From positions 9,298 through 73,297 of the forward strand of contig JAJEJA010000015.1 of the NCBI GenBank assembly GCA_022828145.1: a stretch of 64,000 nt of DNA. Reading direction: 5' to 3'. A program made the position numbers and the translations under genes. Below the pieces are notes generated by a model. That model was not told the origin of the DNA. It searched no databases and worked only from the letters and a program-made list of their open reading frames with translations. The stretch comes from Candidatus Poribacteria bacterium (GTDB taxonomy: Bacteria > Poribacteria > WGA-4E > WGA-3G). This document shows, piece by piece, positions 8,583 to 18,037 of the stretch. Each line of letters starts with the position of its first letter. The stretch's first letter is position 1.

Positions 8583-10139
8583 CTAAGCATAGATATTCTT
8601 CATTTGCCAAGCATCCAACGAAACAAGTTGACTGTCTTGACCTTGGGAACGCAACGACACACCGACACTATCTGCTCTATCGGGATAAACACGCATCGCA
8701 ACGCATTGCAGTCCATTCGCAAAGACCTCAACGACACTCTTGTCTACAAACACACGGAGTTTTAGTGTTTCGTCACCCATAATTGACAATCCACCTGTTT
8801 CAGGGGCACGTGAACGCACATCAGGTGCAACCGACGAATATGAGGAATCTATTGTCAGCATACTCTGACGGACATTCTTCTCTGAATTATGGTTTCGGAT
8901 ACCGCGTTCTCTGAAAAATGCGATACGGGTGAACTCCTCTTTATTCGGTGAACGAAGCACATTGAGTTCAACCATCGGAGCACCTTTCGTGTCAATCTCT
9001 AATTCAAGCTCCATAGCATTGCCGTTTATGTTCTCTAACACAATTTCTTGATTTGCGGGTAACGTCGTCGCATTGACATGTTGATGGTCATGCCGCAAAG
9101 ATTCAATATCACCAGCAGGTTCAACACCGAGTTCGTCTCTTGAGAGAAGTGTCAGACGACGGGGTAAGGTCATTATCTGATTCCAACCCTTCGTAGGTTT
9201 CGCGGGGTTCATGTTGTAGATTACGATGACACCGCCTTCACCATCAGGTGTTGCGGAAGGTGCATGAACACCGGCAGGGGATGCTGGACCGAAATTGTTC
9301 TTCGCACCACCTGTTACGACGAACTTATCGCGGGCTTTATCATAATCACCAAGTAGATATTGTCCACCGCTCATGTGGCTGAAGAATAGGAGGATATGTT
9401 TGTCGCCGATGTGCCAAAAATAGGGACATGCGCCATCATCACCGACCAAGGTATACTGGTCGTCTTCAACGAATGGATGTAAATAAACCCAGTTCGCCAA
9501 GTCGGCAGAACGGAGCAAGAAATTTGCTCTGACAGGTCTACCCCCTGGTCCGTGAGGCAGTGTTCCGCCAGATAAGGAATAGTACATATCATCCTTTTTC
9601 CAGATACACGGATCAAAGACACGATAAACAGGAGCTGTACCATCTGCATGCCTGGAAGGGATGACAGCTTTACCTGAGACCTTTTCCCAATTCAGCAGGA
9701 GCGGATCGCTGGACACTGCAACCATGTTACCGACTACCGTACCGTGATACATCGCAATCACACGGTCCTCTTCAACAAGCGTTGAACCGGAGAAGCAGCA
9801 CCGTTCGGGATTGGGATAAATGGCATAAGGTAGGTCACGCCAGTGGATGAGGTCATCACTGATTGCGTGTCCCCAGTGTTGTCGTGTATCTTCGGGTGGA
9901 TATGCTTGGTAGAATAGATGCCATCTTCCCTGCCAGAAGCAGAGTCCATTGGGATCGTTTAGCATCGCTTCAGGGTTGATGTAATGATAGATGGGACGGT
10001 GTGGATCCCCTTCGTACGTTTTCCTATAGGCGATCAACCGTTGCATCAACGGATTTGTCTTGAGTTGTTCTTCCTGTTCTTCCAACGTTTCCGCGAAGGT
10101 ATAGTGCGGCACTTTGGATGTGAAATCTTCGTTAGCCAT
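8583..10139 (-). CDS. Glycoside hydrolase family 32 protein with atypical catalytic motifs
   Basis: NDPNG, WGHAISDDLIHW, FSGS, FDP and C-terminal DKSVVEVFAN. The usual EC motif reads GACP. ATG 10139 has an AGAGGA SD. Confidence 0.85.
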   Translation of the reverse strand: MANEDFTSKVPHYTFAETLEEQEEQLKTNPLMQRLIAYRKTYEGDPHRPIYHYINPEAMLNDPNGLCFWQGRWHLFYQAYPPEDTRQHWGHAISDDLIHWRDLPYAIYPNPERCCFSGSTLVEEDRVIAMYHGTVVGNMVAVSSDPLLLNWEKVSGKAVIPSRHADGTAPVYRVFDPCIWKKDDMYYSLSGGTLPHGPGGRPVRANFLLRSADLANWVYLHPFVEDDQYTLVGDDGACPYFWHIGDKHILLFFSHMSGGQYLLGDYDKARDKFVVTGGAKNNFGPASPAGVHAPSATPDGEGGVIVIYNMNPAKPTKGWNQIMTLPRRLTLLSRDELGVEPAGDIESLRHDHQHVNATTLPANQEIVLENINGNAMELELEIDTKGAPMVELNVLRSPNKEEFTRIAFFRERGIRNHNSEKNVRQSMLTIDSSYSSVAPDVRSRAPETGGLSIMGDETLKLRVFVDKSVVEVFANGLQCVAMRVYPDRADSVGVSLRSQGQDSQLVSLDAWQMKNIYA

Positions 10140-10219
10140 AGTTCTCCTCTGCAAAATTTCTATGAGATTTATAGTGCTTAATATAGCAGGTTATGCGTTG
10201 CTTGTCCAGAAAATCTGAA

Positions 10220-11080
10220 TCACGGAAGGGTGGAAGAGTGGAAGGATGGAAGGGCGGAATGTAGATATTGTGTTGGCGTAATATTCTCTTTCGCAACCTT
10301 GTAATACTCAGGCATTATCTCAATACCGACAGAATTCCGTGATAACTTTTGAGCGACCTGACAAGTCGTCCCAGAACCGGCAAATGGGTCAAGCACCCAA
10401 TCGTTCTCTTTCGTGAACAACTTAATAAACCACTCAGGCAGCGTCTTTGGAAAAACGGCACTATGATTGCGATTACCCGTTTCTGTTGCTAAATGCAGAA
10501 CATTCGTCGGATACGCCATCTTTCTGTCTAACCAGTTTGAAACATTCTTACCAAAACCGCTCCCGACCTTTGATATATCACGGTTTTTATCAGTTTCACT
10601 GAGGTTCTTTAGTCTCTTCTTTGCCCAATCTCCCATCGGAACCATAACGGACTCTTGATACATATTGAATTTCTTGTCCTTGTTAAATTGCAAACATCTT
10701 TCCCATGCGTCTCTAAATCGGTTTGGCCATTTTCCTGGATAACTGTTTTTCTTGTGCCAGATGAACTCTTCAGTCCACAACCATCCCTGCTTTTTCATCT
10801 CAAGTATCAGCTCAATTACGTATGTATGTCGTTCCCCGTTGACAGCTTTCTCCTTAATGTTCAAAATGAATGTCCCAGACGGTTTCAGTACCCTAAGAAA
10901 CTGTTCAGCGCGGGGCATGAACCAATCCACATATTCATTCGGATTTATACCACCGTAAGTCTTGGTTCGACGGTCTGCATAAGGTGGAGATGTTACAATC
11001 AGGTCAAATGAATCTGCGTCACAATCGGAGAGAATCTCTAAACAGTCTCCAAGATAAAGGTTCGTGTCAATTGTTTCCAT
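10220..11080 (-). CDS. Site-specific DNA methyltransferase (beta class, probably N4-cytosine), orphan
   Basis: Catalytic TSPPY precedes SAM-binding DPFAGSGTT; HSAVFP motif. Confidence 0.9.
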   Translation of the reverse strand: METIDTNLYLGDCLEILSDCDADSFDLIVTSPPYADRRTKTYGGINPNEYVDWFMPRAEQFLRVLKPSGTFILNIKEKAVNGERHTYVIELILEMKKQGWLWTEEFIWHKKNSYPGKWPNRFRDAWERCLQFNKDKKFNMYQESVMVPMGDWAKKRLKNLSETDKNRDISKVGSGFGKNVSNWLDRKMAYPTNVLHLATETGNRNHSAVFPKTLPEWFIKLFTKENDWVLDPFAGSGTTCQVAQKLSRNSVGIEIMPEYYKVAKENITPTQYLHSALPSFHSSTLP

Positions 11081-11283
11081 CAAACGATTTTACCTTTGTA
11101 TATCTTACTGAAAATGACATAAAAACGTTCACAAAATGTTTTCAGATCATCACTTGTAAGTGATAGAGATATAGTATCATATTTACGCCAAGTATTCAAT
11201 TCTAATTGACCTAATATTCAGGATATGATACGATTTTGAAAACGAATAAATGAATAGACCCAGTCATCAAAGGAGAACGAACA

Positions 11284-12279
11284 GTGAATACTGCAGGAAC
11301 AGAGTCAAACGGAAAGGGAAAAATGCATGTCGGTGTTCAAGGAATTGGAACATCTACGAAAGAGTTGGAATTCCTCGTTAGGCACGGTGTGACGCACATG
11401 GATGCGTCTGTCAAAAACACCGAACCTGATACTTTGATACAACATAAAAAGGAAGCAGCAGAGGCGGGAGTAAGTCTTGAAATGATCCATATCGGACTTT
11501 CCAGAAACATCACCCTCGCTAATGACCCGCAACGTGACCAGGATATTGACAAGGTGTGCCAAACAATTGAGAATGCTGGAAAGGCGGGGCTGCGAGGATT
11601 GAACTATAACTTTTGCATCCTTAACCATCAGCGAACCGGCAGAACACCCGGTCGTGGCGGGTCTACTTATAGCAGTTTTGACATCTCCAAATTTGATAAC
11701 GAAACCCTATCAGATGCAGGTGAAGTAAGTCGCGAAGAAGCATTTGACAGGATCGCCTATTTCATTGAACGTGTTATACCTGTTGCAGAAGAGAGTAAGG
11801 TACAGTTAGCGTGTCACCTTAATGACCCGCCAGCCCCCATCTTGAAAGGTGTTGAACGGTGGAATTATCCCGTTTTTGAAGGATTGAAACGCTTTATAGA
11901 AATATCAGATAGTCCATATCACGGCTTTAATTTCTGCTGTGGAACAGCCTCTGAAGGTTTAGAGGATCCGGGAACAGAGCTCTACGAGATAATTCACTAC
12001 TTCGGTCAGAAAAAGAGGATATTCAACGTTCATTTTCGGAACATTCGAGGTGGATTGCACAATTTTCAAGAAGTTTGGCCCGATGAAGGCGATGTGGATA
12101 TGCACAAGGTCATGCAAACACTGCATGATGTGGAATACCCCTATATGGTCATGCCGGACCACGCACCTTCACACCCAGACGACACATCGCCACCCGGTGT
12201 TGCCGGACGTGTGCGACAAGCATGGGCATTTCAATTCGGATATATCATTGCGCTAATTCAGGCCGTGAAATCGGAATAG
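11284..12279 (+). CDS. Mannonate dehydratase (UxuA) family protein
   Basis: LACHLNDPP, VHFRNIRG, DEGDVDM and MPDHAP motifs; AGGAG SD before GTG. Confidence 0.8.
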   Translation: MNTAGTESNGKGKMHVGVQGIGTSTKELEFLVRHGVTHMDASVKNTEPDTLIQHKKEAAEAGVSLEMIHIGLSRNITLANDPQRDQDIDKVCQTIENAGKAGLRGLNYNFCILNHQRTGRTPGRGGSTYSSFDISKFDNETLSDAGEVSREEAFDRIAYFIERVIPVAEESKVQLACHLNDPPAPILKGVERWNYPVFEGLKRFIEISDSPYHGFNFCCGTASEGLEDPGTELYEIIHYFGQKKRIFNVHFRNIRGGLHNFQEVWPDEGDVDMHKVMQTLHDVEYPYMVMPDHAPSHPDDTSPPGVAGRVRQAWAFQFGYIIALIQAVKSE

Positions 12280-12391
12280 TCCATAGTTCAATCAACTTGA
12301 ATTTCCTAATATGTATCAACGCGATCACCGCTGCAGACTGCACAAGAAATTCGCTGTCAAATGCTTCGCTGAATGAAACGGAAAATAGCAC

Positions 12392-12481
12392 AATCTGGAA
12401 GAATGTGCTACAATAAAGAAAAAATGAAAGAGAATGGCAAAATCTGGAAAAATGTGCTACAATAAAGAAAAAATGAAAGAG
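12392..12481 (+). repeat. 41-bp direct repeat (2 copies), each containing an extended -10-like TGcTACAAT
   Basis: aatctggaa(g/a)aatgtgctacaataaagaaaaaatgaaagag at 12392 and 12441, upstream of the Rpn gene. Confidence 0.75.
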
Positions 12482-12549
12482 GCAGAAAATCCTGAAACTT
12501 TTGTCCCTACGAGTGATTGATAATAGGTGATTTCCAGTTTAGGAGCTAA

Positions 12550-13572
12550 ATGTCAAAAGATTCAAGTACTCAAGAACCGGAAAAACTTAGTTTTTCCGAT
12601 ATCCCGATTAAACATTTTCCTGACCGAAGCACGCGCTGGTTGTTCGAAGACAAAGAGTACGTCCGGGACTTGGTAGAAATCGTTGCGAGTGAACTAGCGG
12701 TGCGTATTGATTTTAGACGTCTTTCACAGATAGATAGGACTTTTATCCCTGACACTTTACGCGCGCACCAGTCTGATGTAGTGTTTACCGCGCCGTTTCA
12801 GACTGAATCGGGAACAGATGAACTGCTAATTTATATTCTTATTGAACATCAGTCCACGGTTGACCCGATAATGGGGTTCCGGGTCCTGTTTTACATGATG
12901 CAGATTTGGGATACCCAACGTAGAGAATGGGAGGCAAATAAAGTTCCCAAAAGTCAGTGGCGTTTCCGTCCGATCATTCCAATAGTATATTATACGGGCG
13001 AAGATCGGTGGAGCAACCCACTTACACTTGAGGCAATAATGGATATTCCCGATGTGCTTGCGCGGTTTGTTCCAAAATATGATACGCTGTTTCTCAGTGT
13101 GAATGAGACGGAGGCAGCAGACCTAAAGGAAACTGACCTTCCATTAGGATGGTTGTTAACAGTTCTTCAACAGAAAAATGCTGATATTGAAACGATAAGC
13201 ACTACTCTGCTTGAGGCGGTGCCGCACGTTAAGCATCTACATAAGGCGATCACCTATTTGGTTCTGTTTATCTTACATCAGCGACCTGCTGCAGAACACA
13301 AAGACTTGATACGACTTGTTGAACAACAGGCACAAGATATGGAGGTAGAAAACATGGCACAATCAATCATTGAAATTTCCAAAGAGGAAGGTATAGAAGA
13401 AGGCAGAGAAGAAACAAAACGAGAGGTTATTATCAAGCTGCTGGAAATAAAGTTTGATAATGTCCCCGAATCCATTATCAATAAAATTAACGGCATACAG
13501 AGTCTTTCACGTCTTAATTCACTCTTTGAGAAAGCCGCAACCATTGAAACACTTGATGATTTTGAGGCATAA
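12550..13572 (+). CDS. Rpn/YhgA-like (transposase_31, PD-(D/E)xK) family protein
   Basis: SDVVF...LIYILIEHQS...MGFRVLFYM...PIIPIVYYTG..W, plus a C-terminal EEGIEEGREE helical tail. Confidence 0.9.
   Translation: MSKDSSTQEPEKLSFSDIPIKHFPDRSTRWLFEDKEYVRDLVEIVASELAVRIDFRRLSQIDRTFIPDTLRAHQSDVVFTAPFQTESGTDELLIYILIEHQSTVDPIMGFRVLFYMMQIWDTQRREWEANKVPKSQWRFRPIIPIVYYTGEDRWSNPLTLEAIMDIPDVLARFVPKYDTLFLSVNETEAADLKETDLPLGWLLTVLQQKNADIETISTTLLEAVPHVKHLHKAITYLVLFILHQRPAAEHKDLIRLVEQQAQDMEVENMAQSIIEISKEEGIEEGREETKREVIIKLLEIKFDNVPESIINKINGIQSLSRLNSLFEKAATIETLDDFEA
13354..13572 (+). CDS. Putative intragenic small protein (RpnS-like antitoxin, 72 aa) nested in-frame in Rpn
   Basis: GGAGGT at 13341-13346 lies 7 nt before in-frame ATG 13354 (MAQSIIEISKEEG...). 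Confidence 0.55.
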   Translation: MAQSIIEISKEEGIEEGREETKREVIIKLLEIKFDNVPESIINKINGIQSLSRLNSLFEKAATIETLDDFEA

Positions 13573-13765
13573 AACTAGCATAGTGAACAACAAGCACACG
13601 ATAAGACAACTTTAGCAACATTATACAGATGAGATTTGGCGTGTATGATTGAGGCTTGGGCAAATTTTTATACACCCCAATGTTAATGAGCGTGCCGGTA
13701 ACAGGGTGTGAGATAGCGGCTCAACCACACAACCTATAATCAAGAATATAAAAAAGGAGATAACT

Positions 13766-15058
13766 ATGGCACAAACACCGAACATTGTACTTATTCTCGC
13801 TGACGATCACGGCTATGGCGATATTTCCGCACACAACGGTCCCTCAATACAAACACCAAACATTGATAGAATCGCTTCAGAAGGCACAAGATTTACACAA
13901 TTCTACGCCAATTCCTCTGTCTGTTCTCCGAGTCGCGCATCGCTTATGACTGGACGGTACCCCGATAGAGTCGGTGTTCCCGGTGTCATTCGTACCCATG
14001 CACACAACAACTGGGGATATTTTCACCAAGACGCGATCACACTACCTTCAATGCTAAAACAGAGAGATTATCGCACATCACTCATCGGTAAATGGCACTT
14101 GGGACTTGAGGATGAAAACCATCCCTGCAAACGAGGTTTTGACCACTTTCACGGCTTCCTCGGCGATATGATGGATGACTATTACACACATCTGCGACAT
14201 CAAAATAACTATATGCGACACGGATTTGATACGATTGATCCAAGAGGACACGCGACCGACCTCTTCACAGATTGGAGCGTGGATTTTATTCGGACGCATG
14301 CACACACATCCCATCCTTTCTTTCTCTATCTTGCATATAACGCACCGCATACACCGATTCAACCCCCCGAAGACTGGATTGCACGCGTGATGGAACGGGA
14401 TCCGGATATTTCTCCGCAACGCGCAAAATATATCGCACTCGTTGAGCACATGGACCACGGTATAGGACGCGTGCTGGATACACTCAAAGAAACAGACCAA
14501 CTCTCTAACACGCTCGTGATTTATACATCTGATAACGGTGGGGCAATGCAAGTCGGCGCACATAACGGTCCACTACGCGGGCAGAAAGGTGAGATGTACG
14601 AAGGGGGCATACGCGTGCCTACTTGTGCTATGTGGGAAGGACACATCCCCCAAGGACATGTTACGGATCAGGTGGCAATGCTGATGGATATTTACCCAAC
14701 GCTATGCGATATTGCTGATATACCCATCAATCACGAAATTGAGGGACACTCAATTTGGAATACGTTACAAGGTGAGAAACAAGACCTTTCTGAACGACTT
14801 ATTTACTGGCTACGTAGAGAAGGAGGAAACCAGTGGATCGGAGAATGCCAACACGCTGTCCGTCGCGGCGATATAAAACTATTGCACAATAGACCTTTTC
14901 AACCCTTGGAACTTTATGATCTTTCCAGCGATTCTTTAGAGGCAACTGATATTTCGCAGACAAACAAGAAAGCCTATACAGAGATGAGCCGTTCATTGCA
15001 GGAAGAGATACAACAGGCGGGTAGTGTGCCGTGGCAAAAAGGAAATACAGATGGGTAA
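13766..15058 (+). CDS. Formylglycine-dependent (Cys-type) sulfatase
   Basis: PNIVLILADD, CSPSRASLMTG, GKWHLG, YTSDNG. Confidence 0.95.
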   Translation: MAQTPNIVLILADDHGYGDISAHNGPSIQTPNIDRIASEGTRFTQFYANSSVCSPSRASLMTGRYPDRVGVPGVIRTHAHNNWGYFHQDAITLPSMLKQRDYRTSLIGKWHLGLEDENHPCKRGFDHFHGFLGDMMDDYYTHLRHQNNYMRHGFDTIDPRGHATDLFTDWSVDFIRTHAHTSHPFFLYLAYNAPHTPIQPPEDWIARVMERDPDISPQRAKYIALVEHMDHGIGRVLDTLKETDQLSNTLVIYTSDNGGAMQVGAHNGPLRGQKGEMYEGGIRVPTCAMWEGHIPQGHVTDQVAMLMDIYPTLCDIADIPINHEIEGHSIWNTLQGEKQDLSERLIYWLRREGGNQWIGECQHAVRRGDIKLLHNRPFQPLELYDLSSDSLEATDISQTNKKAYTEMSRSLQEEIQQAGSVPWQKGNTDG

Positions 15059-16646
15059 AGTTATCGGAATTGATTTTGGCACAACATTTTCTGTTATCGC
15101 GCACGTCAATGAGCACGGTCAACCTGAGATTATCCCCAATTTAGAAAGTGAACGCATCACCCCATCGGTCATCCTGTTTGAGGACAACCTTGTGACAGTC
15201 GGTAAAATTGCCAAGCAGAGTGCAAGGGCGGTTCCTGAACAAATTGTAGAATTTGTCAAACGTGAGATGGGTAAATCTAAAGCAGAGTTCTTTCGTGCAT
15301 TCAATCAAAAGGAGTATTCCCCTGAGGAACTCTCCGCCCTTGTCTTGAGGAAGCTCAAACAGGATGCTGAAACCTATCTGAATGAAGAGGTTACTGATGC
15401 GGTTATCACTGTGCCTGCTTATTTTCACGATGCTGAACGCGAAGCCACACGCAACGCAGGTAAAATCGCTGGACTCAATGTGCTACATGTCATGAATGAA
15501 CCGACTGCAGCAGCACTCGCTTACGGTATAGACCAGTTAGGTAGCAACCAGAATGTGTTCGTTTTTGACCTTGGTGGTGGAACATTTGATGGAACGATAA
15601 TGCGGGTGTCAGACTCTGAAATACAGATGCTCGCAACGAACGGGGACCATAGACTCGGCGGTAAGGATTGGGACGATAAAATCATCACACACGTTGCTGA
15701 GATGTTTGAAATTGAACACGGAGAAAATCCTTTAGAAGACCTACACACATATCAAGACCTGCAATTGGATGCGATCGGTGCAAAAGAATCTCTGTCATTG
15801 CGACAGCGGGCGTTAATCGTTTGCGGCTATAATGGAAAGACAACTCGCGTGGAACTGGAGCGGGGGAAATTTGAGGAACTCACAACCGACCTCCTTGAAA
15901 GATGTCGCACTTTATGTGAAGTTGTCCTATCGGAAGCGGAAATGACATGGGAAAACATTGACAAGATACTACTGGTCGGCGGTTCTACGCGTATGCCTAT
16001 GGTGCAAAATATGATCGCTTCAATTAGTGGAAAGGAGATAAATCCTCATGAAGTCAATCCCGATGAGGTCGTCGCAATAGGCGCAGCAATTCAGGGAACA
16101 CTCCGCCAAATATCCGAAGGCAACACCGAGACAGAAGATATGCCGGAAGCAGTCATTGAACGGTTCATTGGACCGGACGGTGCACCGAAGGTGACCGTCA
16201 CGGATGGGGCGACACATAACCTTGGACTCGTCGTCCTAAATGCACTACGCGAGTATATCATACACGTTATGATCCCAAAAATGACACCTGTTCCGTGCGA
16301 AATATCTGATAGATTCCTAACGGTAGACCATAATCAACCATCCGTACTGATTGAGGTTGTGCAAGGACTTGAACAGGACCAACCAAGAGACACAATTGAG
16401 TTTTTTGAGGAATACAAATTGGGTGAATGTACTTTGGAACTCCCACCCGGTCTGCCGCAAGGTTCTCCAATTGAGGTGAACTATAGCTACAACATAGACC
16501 AGAACCTTGAGGTGACAGCAAAATCACTCAACGACGATTCGCCTACTGCTGTATACGATATTTTCTCAATTATCGACAGACCCACTCTCAATGAAGAAGA
16601 GGTTGCACAAGCGCAAACCGATCTACGAGACCTTGTCGTTGAATAG
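15051..16646 (+). CDS. Hsp70-family protein (specialised DnaK paralog, lid truncated)
   Basis: GIDFGTT, VITVPAYF, NEPTAAALAYG, DLGGGTFD, LVGGSTRMP; 531 aa. ATG 15051 overlaps the sulfatase gene by 8 nt. Confidence 0.92.
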   Translation: MGKVIGIDFGTTFSVIAHVNEHGQPEIIPNLESERITPSVILFEDNLVTVGKIAKQSARAVPEQIVEFVKREMGKSKAEFFRAFNQKEYSPEELSALVLRKLKQDAETYLNEEVTDAVITVPAYFHDAEREATRNAGKIAGLNVLHVMNEPTAAALAYGIDQLGSNQNVFVFDLGGGTFDGTIMRVSDSEIQMLATNGDHRLGGKDWDDKIITHVAEMFEIEHGENPLEDLHTYQDLQLDAIGAKESLSLRQRALIVCGYNGKTTRVELERGKFEELTTDLLERCRTLCEVVLSEAEMTWENIDKILLVGGSTRMPMVQNMIASISGKEINPHEVNPDEVVAIGAAIQGTLRQISEGNTETEDMPEAVIERFIGPDGAPKVTVTDGATHNLGLVVLNALREYIIHVMIPKMTPVPCEISDRFLTVDHNQPSVLIEVVQGLEQDQPRDTIEFFEEYKLGECTLELPPGLPQGSPIEVNYSYNIDQNLEVTAKSLNDDSPTAVYDIFSIIDRPTLNEEEVAQAQTDLRDLVVE

Positions 16647-16696
16647 TGTATATTGGATTTATTTTCCAGTACTACTGCTGAAAAACGGGTAAACGG

Positions 16697-18037
16697 ATGT
16701 CAAAACGTGACGAATTCATTACTATTATCACAGCATTCAGAGCAGCGTCTGCAACTATTTCAGATGAACAACGCAAAGGTCTGCTACGTCAAGCAGTACA
16801 CAACTACGGACTCTCTGTTGAGGAAGCAACAGAAATCCTACAGTTTTTGGGATTAGTCGTTGGTAGAGAGATAGACTATTTTGATGTGTTAGGTATCTCA
16901 GTTGATGCAATACATGGCTTAGATGAAACCACAATCGTGGGGCGTGTTGAAACGGCACACAAGAAACTTTACCGAGAGTCTTTGAACGCTGGTGGACGAC
17001 CACGTCCAGACGGTCGAACTGAAAACGAATGGCGAACACTTCTAAACCAAGCAAGAGATACACTCATAGATGCAGAAAAACGAAACGCACATATCGCATC
17101 GCTGAAGGATGATATACCGCTTGATACTGAAACTTTTTCAAGAGAAGTATCAACAACACCAGAACAGACACCTTCGCTCCCAACGGACTCTATTTCTGAT
17201 GAAGAACTCTCTCCTACAGAACCAACCCCGAACCTCCCTTTAGAAAAGGATGGTATGGTACTCATTCCTGCCGGCAATTTTCAGATGGGTAGTGAAGAGT
17301 TTATAGCGTATAACAACGAAGATCCGATACATACTGTATATCTTGATGCCTTTTATATGGACAAATACCCGGTGACAAATGAAGAATATAAGGAATTTAT
17401 TGATGCAAATCCACAATGGCATAAACCTCAAAAGTGGTACGAGCGAAGTAGACCAAGTGAAGCTATTCTTAAACAATATCACGATGGGGATTACTTGCAC
17501 GATTGGAAGTGGGAAGATTATCCACCTGGAAAAGTAGACCATCCAGTAACTTGGGTTAGTTGGTATGCTGCCCTGGCATACTCACAGTGGAAAGGTAAGC
17601 GGTTGCCGACTGAAGCTGAATGGGAGAAAGCTGCACGTGGTGGATTAGTGGGGAAAAAGTATCCGTGGGGAAATACTTTAGATATGGAATTTCTTGATAA
17701 AGTTCTAAATCTCAATAAGACAACACCCGTTGGTTCATATCCAGCAAATGACTACGGATTGTATGATGTCATAGGGAATGTGTTTGAGTGGTGTCTTGAT
17801 AGGTGGGATCAAGATTTCTATAAGAACTCACCACAGCAGAATCCTCTTTCAGGTGGCAATATTTCTGATTTAATCAACAATTATAAAAACATTAAGGAAA
17901 CGCGTGTACTAAGAGGGGGTTCTTGGCCCAAAAATGAACGGGTTGCAGCTCGTTTTAGCTGTTCTCCTCAGTATACATCCTACAACATCGGGTTTCGCTG
18001 TGTTAAACCTGTTTCAATAGACGATTATGAGAAGTAG
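16697..18037 (+). CDS. Degenerate J-domain + FGE-sulfatase (SUMF1/EgtB-like) domain protein, paralog 1
   Basis: N-terminal DYFDVLG...AHKKLYR...RPDG...LNQARDTLIDAEKRNAH. C-terminal F.MGS, RLPTEAEWEKAARGG, GLYD..GNV.EW, RGGSW, GFRC. Confidence 0.85.
   Translation: MSKRDEFITIITAFRAASATISDEQRKGLLRQAVHNYGLSVEEATEILQFLGLVVGREIDYFDVLGISVDAIHGLDETTIVGRVETAHKKLYRESLNAGGRPRPDGRTENEWRTLLNQARDTLIDAEKRNAHIASLKDDIPLDTETFSREVSTTPEQTPSLPTDSISDEELSPTEPTPNLPLEKDGMVLIPAGNFQMGSEEFIAYNNEDPIHTVYLDAFYMDKYPVTNEEYKEFIDANPQWHKPQKWYERSRPSEAILKQYHDGDYLHDWKWEDYPPGKVDHPVTWVSWYAALAYSQWKGKRLPTEAEWEKAARGGLVGKKYPWGNTLDMEFLDKVLNLNKTTPVGSYPANDYGLYDVIGNVFEWCLDRWDQDFYKNSPQQNPLSGGNISDLINNYKNIKETRVLRGGSWPKNERVAARFSCSPQYTSYNIGFRCVKPVSIDDYEK

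Noticed and set aside
12550-13572. Active IS transposase
   Set aside because: No terminal inverted repeats or target duplication flank the gene, and the Rpn family is not shown to transpose.
15051-16646. Housekeeping dnaK
   Set aside because: Only 531 aa, with an altered linker, truncated lid and no grpE or canonical dnaJ nearby.
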